Source: an uncultured Verrucomicrobiae bacterium
Lineage (GTDB): Bacteria; Verrucomicrobiota; Verrucomicrobiia; Limisphaerales; JAFGQR01
DNA length: 64,000 bases
Reading direction: 5' to 3'
Assembly: GCA_963788655.1 (NCBI GenBank)
Contig: CAWBHS010000049.1
Location: 32,001-96,000 of the forward strand
Below are positions 41,999 to 53,204 of the stretch, one piece after another (the stretch's first letter is position 1; each line of letters starts with the position of its first letter). A model generated the notes under the pieces. The model searched no databases. It saw only the letters and a program-made list of their open reading frames with translations, and was not told the DNA's origin. The translations under genes and the position numbers were made by a program.

Positions 41999-43456
41999 AT
42001 GCGAAGCTATCCAAACTTTATCAACGGGGAATGGGTTCCTGCCCAAAACGGAAAGAAATTCCAAACCCGCGAGCCCGCGGACCAACGGGCAGTGGTTGCA
42101 GAGTATTCGGAAAGCGGTAACGCGGACGCCCGGAAGGCGATTGAGGCGGCGCGTCAGAGTTTTGTCGGTTGGGCGGCGATGACTCCAGTGTCGCGAGGAC
42201 GAATTCTTAGCCAAGCCTCACACATTCTCGAAACGCGCAAAAGTGAACTGGCCGAACTGCTCACCCGTGAAGAGGGCAAAACCCTGGCGGAAAGTAACGG
42301 TGAAGTGCAACGCGCAATCGATATCTTCCGTTTCTTCGGCGGATTGAGCTATGTTCTGGGTGGTCAGACCATTCCGCACGACCTGCCGCACAACCTGCTT
42401 TACACGGTGCGCCAACCGTTGGGTGTCGTGGGCTTGATCACCCCTTGGAATTTTCCGATTGCCATTCCGGCCTGGAAACTGGCGCCAGCCTTGGTGTCCG
42501 GCAATACGGTGGTCATCAAACCCGCTTCGCCGGCACCGGCGATGACGTTCGAACTGGCCAAGGCCTTCGACGAAGCGGGATTGCCCAAAGGCGTGTTGAA
42601 CGTTGTCACTGGCGATGGACGTTCGGTGGGCAGTGAGATCGCGGGACATCCTGACGTGGTGGGCTTGTCGTTTACCGGTTCGTATCCCGTGGGGCAGGAA
42701 ATCTACCAACGACTCGCGCCCCGGATGGCTCGGGCCCAGATGGAAATGGGCGGCAAGAATCCCACCCTGGTTCTGGCGGACGCCGATTTGGAACTGGCGG
42801 CGACATTGGTGGCCCGGGCGGGATTTGGTCTGACCGGCCAGGCATGCACCGCCACCAGCCGGGCCATCGTAGAAAAAAGCGTTCGAGACGAGTTCACGGA
42901 CAAGCTTATTGCCAAGGCGCGCACCTTGAAAGTCGGCAACGGATTCGATGCCGGCATCGGCATGGGTCCCGTCATCAGTCAAAAGCAATTGGATGGTAAC
43001 CTGGCCCACGTGGAACAGGCAGTTAAGGAAGGCGCTCACCTGGCTTTTGGCGGCAAACGTCTGACGAACGGTGACCTGGTCCACGGCTTCTTCATGGAGC
43101 CCACCGTGCTGACGGACGTTACCCCCCAAATGGCAATCGCGCGTGAGGAGGTGTTCGGTCCTGTCATTGCGGTCATGTCGGCGGAGAATTTTGAGGACGC
43201 GCTACGGTTGGGTAATGGAGTCGATGTCGGCTTATCGGCGTCGTTGGTCACGCGCGATTTTAAGAAGGCCATGCTTTACAGCGAGCGCATTGAAGCCGGC
43301 GTCGTGAAAGTCAACCAGATCTCCACCGGCCTGGCTTTGCAAGCACCGTTTGGTGGTGTCAAAAAATCGAGCACCGATTCTTTTAAAGAACAAGGTGCCG
43401 GCGCCATTGAGTTTTACACCAAACTGAAGACGGTGTACCTGGATTACTCCACCTAG
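41999..43456 (+). CDS. Aldehyde dehydrogenase (alpha-ketoglutaric semialdehyde dehydrogenase-like)
   Basis: ITPWNFP, FTGS, EMGGKNP, GQACTATS, EEVFGPV, PFGG; substrate inferred from the neighbouring gene. Confidence 0.9.
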   Translation: MRSYPNFINGEWVPAQNGKKFQTREPADQRAVVAEYSESGNADARKAIEAARQSFVGWAAMTPVSRGRILSQASHILETRKSELAELLTREEGKTLAESNGEVQRAIDIFRFFGGLSYVLGGQTIPHDLPHNLLYTVRQPLGVVGLITPWNFPIAIPAWKLAPALVSGNTVVIKPASPAPAMTFELAKAFDEAGLPKGVLNVVTGDGRSVGSEIAGHPDVVGLSFTGSYPVGQEIYQRLAPRMARAQMEMGGKNPTLVLADADLELAATLVARAGFGLTGQACTATSRAIVEKSVRDEFTDKLIAKARTLKVGNGFDAGIGMGPVISQKQLDGNLAHVEQAVKEGAHLAFGGKRLTNGDLVHGFFMEPTVLTDVTPQMAIAREEVFGPVIAVMSAENFEDALRLGNGVDVGLSASLVTRDFKKAMLYSERIEAGVVKVNQISTGLALQAPFGGVKKSSTDSFKEQGAGAIEFYTKLKTVYLDYST

Positions 43457-43546
43457 GCCGTCGGTTCTCCGATCGTCGTCGCAGGCGTAAAACCGCGGCG
43501 GCTCTCCTGGATATTTTGCGATCTCAATCAATCATCACGTTCCACC

Positions 43547-44401
43547 ATGAAACTCTGCCGCTTCAAAACTTCGCGAGACCGCATCGGCGTCGGTCTGATC
43601 CACAAAGACGCCGTCAGTGATCTCGGCGGGGTGGGCCTCGGGCAACTGAGCACGTTGTTGGAAACCGAGGATCTGGTGTCCCGCTTGCGGGTGCTCGCCG
43701 ACAGCACGTTGCCGCATTACCAACTCGCCGACGTGCAATTGTTGCCGCCAATCGAACGGCAGGAAGTCTGGGCCGCCGGGGTGACCTATTTACGCAGCAA
43801 AGCCGCCCGCATGGAGGAATCCGACTTCAGTGCCAATGCCTACGACCGCGTCTATGACGCCAAACGTCCTGAACTTTTTTTCAAATGCCTCTCGGAAAAA
43901 GTCGTCGGCCCGGGTGCGGCCGTTGGCATTCGGAAGGATGCCCGATGGAACGTGCCGGAACCGGAACTGGCCTTGGTCCTGAATTCGCGCGGGCAAATTG
44001 TTGGCTACACCATCGGCAACGATATGAGTTCCCGCGACCTGGAAGGTGAGAATTTGCTCTATCTGCCACAAGCCAAGATCTACGATCGCTCGTGCGCCCT
44101 CGGCTCCGCCATCGTGGTGGGCGTGACCGAATCGGTGGCGCGCACTTGGACCATCCGGTTGCGTCTCGAACGCGCCGGCGCCGTGGTGTTTGCCGGCGAA
44201 ACGTCCGTCGGTCAGATCAAACGCTCCTTCGACGAACTCGCGGCATATTTGTTTCGCAGCCAGAAGTTCCCTCACGGCGCGGTGCTACTCACCGGCACCG
44301 GAATCGTGCCACCGGATGAATGCAGTTTGCAATCCGGGGACCAGATTCACATCGAAATCAATGGCATTGGCGAGCTGAGCAACTTCGTGACGGAAGTCTG
44401 A
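43547..44401 (+). CDS. Fumarylacetoacetate hydrolase family, 2-keto-3-deoxy-pentonate dehydratase-like
   Basis: QEVWAAGVTYLRS, RPELFFK, VPEPEL, GNDMSSRDLEGENLLYLPQAK, TGTG. Confidence 0.85.
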   Translation: MKLCRFKTSRDRIGVGLIHKDAVSDLGGVGLGQLSTLLETEDLVSRLRVLADSTLPHYQLADVQLLPPIERQEVWAAGVTYLRSKAARMEESDFSANAYDRVYDAKRPELFFKCLSEKVVGPGAAVGIRKDARWNVPEPELALVLNSRGQIVGYTIGNDMSSRDLEGENLLYLPQAKIYDRSCALGSAIVVGVTESVARTWTIRLRLERAGAVVFAGETSVGQIKRSFDELAAYLFRSQKFPHGAVLLTGTGIVPPDECSLQSGDQIHIEINGIGELSNFVTEV

Positions 44402-44666
44402 ACCGAATGCCGGCAGATTAATCAGCCACCAAGCAATATCATCACCTCGAATGTCGATATTGAGGTCTGGGCCTTGGTGCGAACGCAATCCGCTTCGCCG
44501 TGACGTCAATTCCAGAGCTCAGCCTGGCGGGTTTGCTGCTGGTTCTGGTCCAGATATCGCGCAAAGTTTTTGCGAATCACCTTATTCTTCTTCTGCTTCC
44601 CTCCCTTACTCGTTTACATTTTAGCGGGCGTTGATTGTGGTACTGCCGTGTGGTGTGAACTCCAGC

Positions 44667-45629
44667 CTAATTGGTTTCCGCCAGCACAATCCTAAAACCA
44701 TAATAGTCGTTCCGCATGTCCGGCACGTTGGGGAACCGGTAGGAGGACATCAGGCAGGTGATGCAGTCGTTGTTCCAGGTGGAGCCGCGCAGGACTCGAA
44801 ACTCGTGCGGCGCATCCCACCAGTCTTCACACCACTCGGCGACGTTGCCTGCCAGGTCGCACAGACCCAGGAAATTCGGACGGAAGCTGCCCACGGGCGC
44901 GGTGTGAGCAAACGGGTCCAGTTCAAGATCGGCGGCAAAGTTGCCGGTCAACGTCGTGGGCGGCCAATTGGTGCCCCACGGAAAGACGTGACGTATCCCC
45001 AGGAATTTTTCATGCGGGGTGGAACCTGTTTCGTTGGTTAGTCCCACCGCCAGGCTCCATTCCGCGTCCGTTGGCAGGCGATAAAGTTGGGTTGCCGCAA
45101 GCTGGCCGGAACCGCGTTCCTGGCGGGTAAGCCAATCACAAAAGACGCGCGCGTCCTGCCAGTTCACGCCCACAACGGGATGCTCGTCGGTTTGGAGGAA
45201 ACCGGGATGCTGCCAGTTAAATCCCGTGCGCAATTCCCAGTTGGTGGATCCCTGGACATACATGGACTTGCCCACGGCGTAACCACTGGCCCTGACAAAG
45301 GCGCGGAAATCGCGAACGCGAGTTTCCCAGATACAGAAGCGCACGCTGGTGCCGGGCACCGCTACGAAGACCAAACCGAGGTGGTTGGTGAAGCGCGGTG
45401 TCGGAAAGGTTTGACCGATAACCTGTGTGTGCTCGTTTGGCGGTGACGGTTTGGAAACCCCGAAGCAGCCCAGGGTCAATCCAGCCAGACTGGCAACCAG
45501 CAAATTCAAACTTAAAGGTCGGTATCCGTTTAACAATGAAAACGAAAACCGTCGCCGCCCCGGATGGCCAGGAAGCGCGTCCACGCTGCCGGAAGCGACG
45601 GATTGGCGCGGCAAGCCTACGGCCATCAT
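44667..45629 (-). CDS. FGE-sulfatase (SUMF1) domain protein, possible lipoprotein
   Basis: HPVVGVNWQDA, YRLPTDAEW, APVGSFRPN, GNVAEWC, RGSTW, GFRIVL; ATG overlaps the upstream TGA. Confidence 0.85.
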   Translation of the reverse strand: MMAVGLPRQSVASGSVDALPGHPGRRRFSFSLLNGYRPLSLNLLVASLAGLTLGCFGVSKPSPPNEHTQVIGQTFPTPRFTNHLGLVFVAVPGTSVRFCIWETRVRDFRAFVRASGYAVGKSMYVQGSTNWELRTGFNWQHPGFLQTDEHPVVGVNWQDARVFCDWLTRQERGSGQLAATQLYRLPTDAEWSLAVGLTNETGSTPHEKFLGIRHVFPWGTNWPPTTLTGNFAADLELDPFAHTAPVGSFRPNFLGLCDLAGNVAEWCEDWWDAPHEFRVLRGSTWNNDCITCLMSSYRFPNVPDMRNDYYGFRIVLAETN

Positions 45630-47320
45630 TTTTTGGCGGGGGTGGCCGGTCGAATGGGCGTTGGCGGTCTGACCGCTGGCGACGGGATTGTTCCGGGCGC
45701 GGCTCCTGGAGTTGCTGGAGTCGTGACTCCCGGCGTTGACTTGCCACGCATGGTGCGAACGGATGCCCGCTTCTCTCGCAAGCTGAGTCGGCTGACCAGG
45801 AATTCCGACGTATTCAAAACCAGACGAAAATCCGCGCCGCGGTTTTGCGTGTTCAGTAAGCGTGCCGCCGCCAGGTGGAACGTGGCCGTTTTCCACGATT
45901 TGCTGCCCGTGAGCGTCACCGTTTGATCGCCGAAGTGTAGGCGCCGCTAAAGGGTGCTTCCAAGTCGCTCCCATCGGTACTCGACGCCAAACGTGCCCGG
46001 CGCGGCATCGAAATAATCAACCTCCAGCAGCGCGTCCATGACCGGCGCCCATTTGAAGGAATCGTCCACGGCGAAGTACATATAGTGTCCACCCAAGGTG
46101 TTGGGTTTCATCGCCTGCGCCATTCGCCCTGCGGCCATGGCCGGCGACGTCAGGCCGTCCTCGTTTTCGATTTGGGTGATGCCGTTGGGGGCATTGGTTG
46201 CGGCCAACACAATGGACACCGATTTGGCTTTCGAGAAAGGTCCCCGGGGCCACTTGGGGGTCCAGCCGCGTTTGAAGAGACTGGCGTATTTGTGGGTCAA
46301 GTCGATGTATTGGCGGCCATGCTCCCGGCTGTCGGCGATATCGGTGCCTTCGTGAAATTCATTCCAGGTTTCCACCATCACCAACTGCGACTGGCGGCGC
46401 AGAAACTTCAGCCACTGCTCCTCATAGAATTTGCCATCGCGGCGGTCCACGACCAGAGGTTGGCGGCCCGGTACCGCGGAATGATCGTAGCCGGGCCCGA
46501 GCGACGCCACGCCGGGATTCTTGAAACCCAGCGCCCCGCCCCACGCGTATTTGGCGTCGGCCTTCACGCGCCAGGAGACTTCGGCGGCAATCCACGGTTC
46601 TTTCCCGCCAAAATCCTTGGCGAATTGTTCCTTGGCATAATCGATGACCTTCTGATTGTAATTGCGGGCGAAGCCGGAGGAATACAGCAGGACAATCGGT
46701 TTGCCGTTGAGCATCGCCCAATGCTCGGGCGGAATCATGGAAAAGAAATCGCGGATCGTGGCGTAAAACCAGCGTCGGCCGTAGTCGGTGGTCAGGTCGA
46801 TGTGTTCATCCCAGGAATTGTATTGCAGCGTGCTGGTGTCGTAGAAAAGCCCGATGAGCGGTGGCCGTTTATGGGCGCGCAGCAATTCCTCCCGCGCCCG
46901 GACCAGCGGCGGCAACCCGGCGTAACTCCAGTGCATGCGGCTGTTGGTGGCTTGCTCGGAAGGTGCGCCCCAAAACACGGGCAGCAGCACATCGATCCGG
47001 GCATCGATCATATCGCTCAACTGCTGTTTGTGCCACGCCACCGAGCGGTAGGCGAAGTCCTCCATGCTCGCGGGATGCGTGGTCAACGCGTCGGTCCCGT
47101 CGCCGTTGCGCAGGTGTTCGCCGGTATGGACGTTATACCAATAAAAGTAATAGGTGCCGACGAAGTGGTCCCGGGGGCCAAAGGACCGCAGCCCGGCGAA
47201 ATCCAGCGAACGCAAGTTGATATTGGGTCCGTAGGCCAACGGAATCTCGTGCTGCGCCGGGAGAACTACGGACGCGGAAGTGATCACCAGCAGGCCGGAC
47301 AACAAAGCGCGAATTTTCAT
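45626..47320 (-). CDS. DUF5010-like exported glycoside-hydrolase-type protein (frameshifts ~45980 and ~45920)
   Basis: GTYYFYWY, IGLFYDT, GPGYD, VETWNEFHEGTDI; C-terminal beta domain continues in ORF 45626..45919. Confidence 0.7.
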
Positions 47321-47372
47321 TGCCGGCATTTGAGCGTAAGGCCACGCGATCCGCAAGTTTGTTCGAAGGACT

Positions 47373-48491
47373 TCAGGGGCTGGTGACGGGCAGGGTGCCG
47401 CCTACCGGAGTCGCACCGGAAATGGCTGCTCGCCGCCCTTCATTCGCGGCAATGGTGTTCACAAATTGATAGAGAATCTGTTCCCCGAAAACCGCCAGTT
47501 TGCGGTAAAAGACAAACGAAACATAGACGATGTCTCCTTGCTCCAATCGCACGTCCGGCAAGCGTCCCTGGGTGATGGCTTTGTAATCGACAAACGCAAT
47601 CTTGGGATACGAAATGGAGCCACGCACAATCGCCACATGCGCCACCCGTGCATAATCGATGGGACCGCCGGCATTGGCGATGGCCGACAGCACGGTGAGT
47701 TGGTCCGAATATGGAACGATGGTCGGCTGGGCCACCGCCCCCAGCACATAGACATTCCGGACGGTCGCCGAACGCAAATAGATGAAGTCGTCGGGTTGGA
47801 GATAGATGTTCTGGCTCAAATCACCGGCGCTGAGTAATCGGTGAAAATCCACTCGCAAAGGCCGGCCGTGACGCAACAAGAAACTATTTTGTAGGTCGGG
47901 AATGCCCGACTTGGAACCGGGTGCCGCCGCAGTTCCGCCAGCCGCGGATAAGGCTTCCAGGATGGTCATTGGGGTTGCCAGGGAATATACGCCGGGAGCT
48001 GCGATAGCGCCCAGAATCCAAATCCGTTTGCTAGCCACGCCCCGCAGAGTCAGGGAAACCACCGGTTTAACCCGCAGAAATTTGGCGAGTTCATTCTCCA
48101 ATAAATCACGGGCTTCGGCCAGGGTTAATCCCCATACGAACGTGCCGGGCAGCAGACTGTAATAGACTTTGCCGTCGGGGCCAACCACCACCGTCGATCC
48201 CGAACCTCCTTCCCCGAGAATCTCGATCTCGAAAGTGTCCCCCGGACCCAAGGTAAAGAAATCCTTGGGCGGCCGCAGCCAATCCGATTGGATATTGTTG
48301 GTGGAGTTGATGGACGCAAACAGGCTCGCTTCCAAATCCACCGGATCGGGATAACGAGTCGTGGTGATTCCTTGTTTGACCTCGGCCGAAGTGGTCTTGC
48401 GGGCGTCGAACATCGGCCCATGGCCGCGGCAGCCGACCAGACACATTCCGGCCAAGATCCACGTTCCGATTGATGAAATGGCTTTGCTCAC
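47373..48491 (-). CDS. Polysaccharide export lipoprotein (Wza/SLBB)
   Basis: LVGC lipobox, LGPGD, VGPDG, LEALSAAGG, LQPDD, VYVLGAV. Confidence 0.87.
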   Translation of the reverse strand: MSKAISSIGTWILAGMCLVGCRGHGPMFDARKTTSAEVKQGITTTRYPDPVDLEASLFASINSTNNIQSDWLRPPKDFFTLGPGDTFEIEILGEGGSGSTVVVGPDGKVYYSLLPGTFVWGLTLAEARDLLENELAKFLRVKPVVSLTLRGVASKRIWILGAIAAPGVYSLATPMTILEALSAAGGTAAAPGSKSGIPDLQNSFLLRHGRPLRVDFHRLLSAGDLSQNIYLQPDDFIYLRSATVRNVYVLGAVAQPTIVPYSDQLTVLSAIANAGGPIDYARVAHVAIVRGSISYPKIAFVDYKAITQGRLPDVRLEQGDIVYVSFVFYRKLAVFGEQILYQFVNTIAANEGRRAAISGATPVGGTLPVTSP

Positions 48492-51400
48492 TTTATCCAG
48501 GGCTCAGTAATAAACGGTCCAACGTGCGCTCCCGTGTAAGCCGTGACAAACGAGCGAGCAAACGTGAGCGTTGCCATTTCCAACAACTCCTCCGCCCGGG
48601 CAAACGGACGGGAGTGGATATAAATGATGTCGCGGTTGTGCAACGGGAAATCCGGACCCCGGGCTGCCAAAATGTCGGCGGTGTTGACCACAAACGTTTG
48701 GGGCCGGTTGAGCGATCCCCGCACGACCAGCACCCGGCTTTTGTATGCCCGGGTGGTAAATCCGCCGCGGCTAGTAATTGCACCCAACACGGTCATCTCC
48801 TTGGCAAACGGCAGGGCACCGGGGCCATTCACTTGCCCCAGCACATAGACTTCCTGCAAGTCCAGCGGCGGAAAGAACAGGTAGTCATCCGGCGCCAACG
48901 GAAGGTTCTGACTCAAATCTCCACGTTCGAACAATCCCTCAAAATCCACCGACACCCGGCCGAACGATCCTTCCGATCCGCGTCGCACCAGAAAACTATG
49001 ACCCAGGTCCGCCTGCGTGAGGCGATTGCGATATTGCTGCGAGGTGACGAAGCCTCCCGAACGAGCGATGGCCTCGATAATCGTAATGGGACGGTCGAGC
49101 AGGAAAATGCCTCGCTGGTTGACGTTCCCCAGCAGGTAGTACTTCTTGCTGGTGTAGGCCGAGGGATTGATGATTACCCGCGGAGAAAGCCGGAACTTAC
49201 TGAGGACCTCTTCGAGTTTGGCGCGCAATTCGTCCACCGTGAGGCCGGCGGCCATCACGTCGCGGGCCTCCAGATAGTTGAGCCGGCCGTCGGGGCCAAT
49301 GAACAGGCCCGCCTTCATCGTGTCGGGTTGCTCGTACAAATTAATACTGAACGAATCCCCCGGTCCCAACGTGAGATGTTTCTGCCACGCCGCCAAGTGC
49401 TCCGGCCCGGTCACCGTCAACGAACCGGTCGGCACTTGATTGGTGGCCAATCCTTCGGGAGGTGCCGCATATTCTGGTTGGGTTGGCGGCGTGGGTTCTG
49501 TTGGTTGAGGCGCTTCAGGTGGGTTGGCCGTTGCCGCCGGTTGGGCCTCGATTGGAGGTGAAGCCAAGGTTCCGGCCATCAGCAGAATTGCGAGCAGAAC
49601 CCTGGAGAAAGCCCGCCCGCTTCCCACGGCGGCGCGATTGAATACCGCGCCCACCCAGTTGGTTCGCAAGCGACTCAAAACATCCAAATGAGAACGCGTG
49701 TCAGTTTCCCTCGCCATGTTCTTTCGGCTCAGCCATATCAAATTGGGCAGATGCTCGGCAAGCAGAAACGCTTCGGGCGTCGAAACCGGCGGCAGTTCGA
49801 CCAGGATCGCACACCGATCCAACGCCGCCCATTGTTGCAGGGTTTCCTCCCATTGTTCGCGGCAATCGATGCTCCAAGTCCAATTTCTGACCGGCCACGG
49901 TCCCATGGCTTGCAGCGAACCCGACACATCCATAAGAACGTCGTCCGACACCTCGGACGCGTCTTCGCCGAGTTGACGCGTCGTGTTCGGCTCAGTCGCG
50001 TTGGGGGCACTCTGGTAATCCAGGGTTGGCCGAGCTGCCGTAATCGTGAAGACCCGGTAACCTTGTTGCCGCGCCGCCTCGGCCAGCAATTGGATGAAAG
50101 TGGACCGGCCTTCGCCATGCTGCAGCGACGCCACCCCGCAGATCAATGTTCCCGCTTTGGGGAGATTCGTGCGGCTTTGGATGATGATCAGCGTATGCAA
50201 CGCCCACAGCAAACGTGCCGAGGCATTCATCGGTTCCAGATCGTCCAGCGACGCGATCACCGGCAATTGGCTGGCGCGCCGGAGATCGGCTTCACTGCGA
50301 ATGCGGCCATCGAATCCTTCGAGCAGGAGAAAAACCAGCGTCGTAAACAAGCCGCCCAAAATGCCGCCCGCCGCGCCGTACCAGGTCGCGGCCTCCAATT
50401 TCGGGGTGGCGTCCAATTCTCCGACCGACGCGGGACGCAGGATTTGCAGCGGCGCGGTGGCTTTGGCCAATGGCAATTGTTCGAAGCGGCTTGCCAGCAG
50501 AAACCGCTCGTCCCTCAGCGCCTGATAACGGGATTTGATCTGCACGTACTCGACGTGTTTGGCCGGCAATTCCGGGACGGCTTCGTTGAGCTTCGCCATT
50601 TGCAGATTTGCTTCCTCGATTTGCCGGATCAAAGAAATGCGTCGCGCACGCAACTCGAGGACGTTCGCGTACAAATTGGCAGCGGTCGGATTGCCCCACC
50701 CGGAAATGTCCGGCTCCTTCTCGGAGTCTTTCTGGGCGAGTTGCGCCTCGAGCGACGCCAATCGGGCGCGCAACTCCTTCACGTGGGGGTGCTGTTCCGT
50801 ATAGATGTTCAAAGCCTCCCCCAACGCTTCCCGAGCCGCCACCAACGCGGGCGTTTGCTTGCGGATTTCCACCAGCATCCGGTCGATCCGCCGCTCCAAC
50901 TCACCCAACTGATTGCGGTCATCCTCGGCCTGGCGCTCCAACTCCGTTCTCGCTTCCAGCAGTTTGGCTGGGTCTTTGTCGAGGCGCAGCCCCGGAATGC
51001 TCTGCTGGAATTGCACCAGTTCGGCACTGGCGTGCTGCAACTCCTGGTCCAAGGCGCGTAAACGTTGCTGCCAACGCTCGCCCGTTTCCTGGAGTTGTTC
51101 GCGCTGCACCTTCGCCGATGCCCGGACCGCTTCTTCGGCATAAGCATTCGCCTGTTCCACGGTGCGGTTTGGAGATTGGCTTCGGCATTGCAACACCGCC
51201 AAGTCGGTGCTTGGCAACAGTGACATCTGGAAGTCCGATGCGGGCGAATGGCGGTGTTGATCGACATTGGTAGCAGCCGTCGTTTGCCCAAGCACCGCTC
51301 CCGAGCGAATGAGCTCGATCAGCGTGTTGCGCGCCAGGGTCGGGGGGGAAGCAGTTTCGCGGTCGCCCAAATTCAGTTCGTTGCCATCCCTGCCATTGCT

Positions 51401-51562
51401 GCGGAATCCCAATAAAACTCGGGCTGAATAATCTCCGGTGGCATAACCCCAGAGCCCGGCGAAGAGTCCGGCGAGGATGCCTCCCACCATGAGCGTCGGC
51501 CAGCGCCGCGCCAACACCGCCGCGCCGCGTCGCGGATGACAAGACCATTTCAGTTTCTTCAC
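48488..51562 (-). CDS. Wzc/GumC-like co-polymerase fused to a Wza/SLBB export domain
   Basis: TM, coiled coil with YTEQHPHV, TM, DGRIRS, GEGRST, a hydrophobic segment, then LGPGD, IGPDG and AIARSGG repeats in one 1024-aa frame. Confidence 0.8.
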   Translation of the reverse strand: MKKLKWSCHPRRGAAVLARRWPTLMVGGILAGLFAGLWGYATGDYSARVLLGFRSNGRDGNELNLGDRETASPPTLARNTLIELIRSGAVLGQTTAATNVDQHRHSPASDFQMSLLPSTDLAVLQCRSQSPNRTVEQANAYAEEAVRASAKVQREQLQETGERWQQRLRALDQELQHASAELVQFQQSIPGLRLDKDPAKLLEARTELERQAEDDRNQLGELERRIDRMLVEIRKQTPALVAAREALGEALNIYTEQHPHVKELRARLASLEAQLAQKDSEKEPDISGWGNPTAANLYANVLELRARRISLIRQIEEANLQMAKLNEAVPELPAKHVEYVQIKSRYQALRDERFLLASRFEQLPLAKATAPLQILRPASVGELDATPKLEAATWYGAAGGILGGLFTTLVFLLLEGFDGRIRSEADLRRASQLPVIASLDDLEPMNASARLLWALHTLIIIQSRTNLPKAGTLICGVASLQHGEGRSTFIQLLAEAARQQGYRVFTITAARPTLDYQSAPNATEPNTTRQLGEDASEVSDDVLMDVSGSLQAMGPWPVRNWTWSIDCREQWEETLQQWAALDRCAILVELPPVSTPEAFLLAEHLPNLIWLSRKNMARETDTRSHLDVLSRLRTNWVGAVFNRAAVGSGRAFSRVLLAILLMAGTLASPPIEAQPAATANPPEAPQPTEPTPPTQPEYAAPPEGLATNQVPTGSLTVTGPEHLAAWQKHLTLGPGDSFSINLYEQPDTMKAGLFIGPDGRLNYLEARDVMAAGLTVDELRAKLEEVLSKFRLSPRVIINPSAYTSKKYYLLGNVNQRGIFLLDRPITIIEAIARSGGFVTSQQYRNRLTQADLGHSFLVRRGSEGSFGRVSVDFEGLFERGDLSQNLPLAPDDYLFFPPLDLQEVYVLGQVNGPGALPFAKEMTVLGAITSRGGFTTRAYKSRVLVVRGSLNRPQTFVVNTADILAARGPDFPLHNRDIIYIHSRPFARAEELLEMATLTFARSFVTAYTGAHVGPFITEPWIK

Positions 51563-51817
51563 AAACGCTCCATCTGCTCAACACGTCTCCGGCAGCCCAC
51601 GTCGTTAGCCTGCCTGGAACTACCGCAGGGCCAAGTGCCAACCATTTAACGCGCGACCGCTGGAAATACCAAGCGATTCTTTTACCATTCCCGATGGAGT
51701 TGGAGTGGGCTTTTGGTTTTGAATTACATTGCCGCTCGGTCACCTTGAGGCACAATGGCCATCACATTCTCAGGTGTGATGAACTGTGCCCGGCGACTTG
51801 GTTACTTGGAATTCATA

Positions 51818-52426
51818 ATGAAATCGTTGCAACGGAATATAGTGGTTTCCGTGGTTTCCTTGCTCGCATGCCAGGGGCTCGAGCTAATTGGTCACGCCGC
51901 GGCATTCGACTTCGCTCGGGCCTCGCGCGCCGTCCCCAAGCCGCGCGAGATCTGGCCAATGGTTAAACAGTTTACGGTGCCGCTGGAGTTCACCGTCATT
52001 TCCGATGAAATCGTGGTTAGCGATACTGATCCCTCCAAACGCTTGCGGAAGGTGACCGCCCATTTCTGGAGCCAGAAACTCGCGGGCAAGAAATGGGGGC
52101 ATCGCTGTGTCATCTTCCTGCCGGCAGACAATTCACCAAACCTCACCCCAAAGCGGAAAGGCAAGGTCGCGATCATTGGTTCGCCACCTTACGCCTATTT
52201 CCCGGTTCACGTGGATAAATACGGCGAAACGATTGCCGCCCGAACCGGCTATCCCACGATGGTTCTTTCGAATCCTGGCGAATATCCGGATGGTTCCGCC
52301 ATCGAACACGACATCGGCGTTTTAAACCGTTTGCGGAAGGAAACGGGCGAGAATTACTACCACATGAATTGCCAGTTGGCCGTCGTGTACATCCAGGCCA
52401 TGAACGGCTTTCAACAGTTCCTCGGC
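51818..52426 (+). pseudogene. Truncated PqaA-like alpha/beta-hydrolase-type exported protein
   Basis: Signal peptide, WGHRCVIFLP, IQAMNGFQQF; the frame runs into the duplicated segment at ~52427 before any nucleophile motif. Confidence 0.5.
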
Positions 52427-53132
52427 TGCGATCGCCTCGCCATTCCCATCCGGTATCCAGTATCTGGCATCCAGCATCCAATATTCGTCCCTACTTCAAT
52501 TCCGCCAAAATCTTCTTGGCGTCGGCCACGTAAGGAGCGTTGGCATCCAAGGTCACGGCCTTTTGCAGGGCGGCTTTGCTGTCGGAGGACTGTTTGAGTT
52601 GGTAATGGGCCATTCCCAGATAGTACTGCAGTTCGCCGTCGGTGCCGCGTTGCACGGCGGCTTGCTTCAGCAATTGGGCGGCGCGTTGGTAATCTTTGCG
52701 CTGATAGACGGCGAGGCCCAGAGCTTTGGCAACCTCCGCGTCGCCGGCGTAGGCTTCGCGAGCTTTGGAGGCATGCTCGAAAACCTTGTCGTAGTCCACT
52801 GGCGGTTGGAGGTAAAGCAAGGCCAGTTGCTTGTTGGCCGGGGTGAACAATGGGAAACGCGCCAGCGCCTGCGCACAGGCTTGTTTGGCGGCGTCCAGGT
52901 TGCCCTGCTGCCGGTAAATCGTCGCAGCCGCCATCAGTGCCGGGACGTAGTCCGGTTGCTCCTTGAGCGTGGCCCGCACCTGGGCCTGGCCGGCGACCGC
53001 TTTGGCGGGGTCGGCCGCGAGTTCGTTCATCTGGAGAAAGCTTTTGGCGCTTTCGGCGCGCGCAAAGTTCGGATTGGTTTCTAACGCGCTTTGCATTCGA
53101 TTGGTGGCGTCCGACACCTGCCCGATGCTGTA
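52427..53132 (-). repeat. Diverged duplicate of the TPR-gene 3' end and its downstream flank (orphan fragment 52491-53135)
   Basis: Direct repeat of ~56741-57452; near-identical in the middle, diverged toward 53130. Confidence 0.92.
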
Positions 53133-53204
53133 CATAATAAATAAAGTGACAGGTTCAAAGTTATTGACAACTTACGCTCGCTTCCGGCACATTTGAGATC
53201 ACCT

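Noticed and set aside
45630..45974. N-terminal extension of the FGE-sulfatase ORF
   Set aside because: It overlaps the frameshifted C-terminus of the upstream gene; the ATGA overlap at 45629 is the better start.
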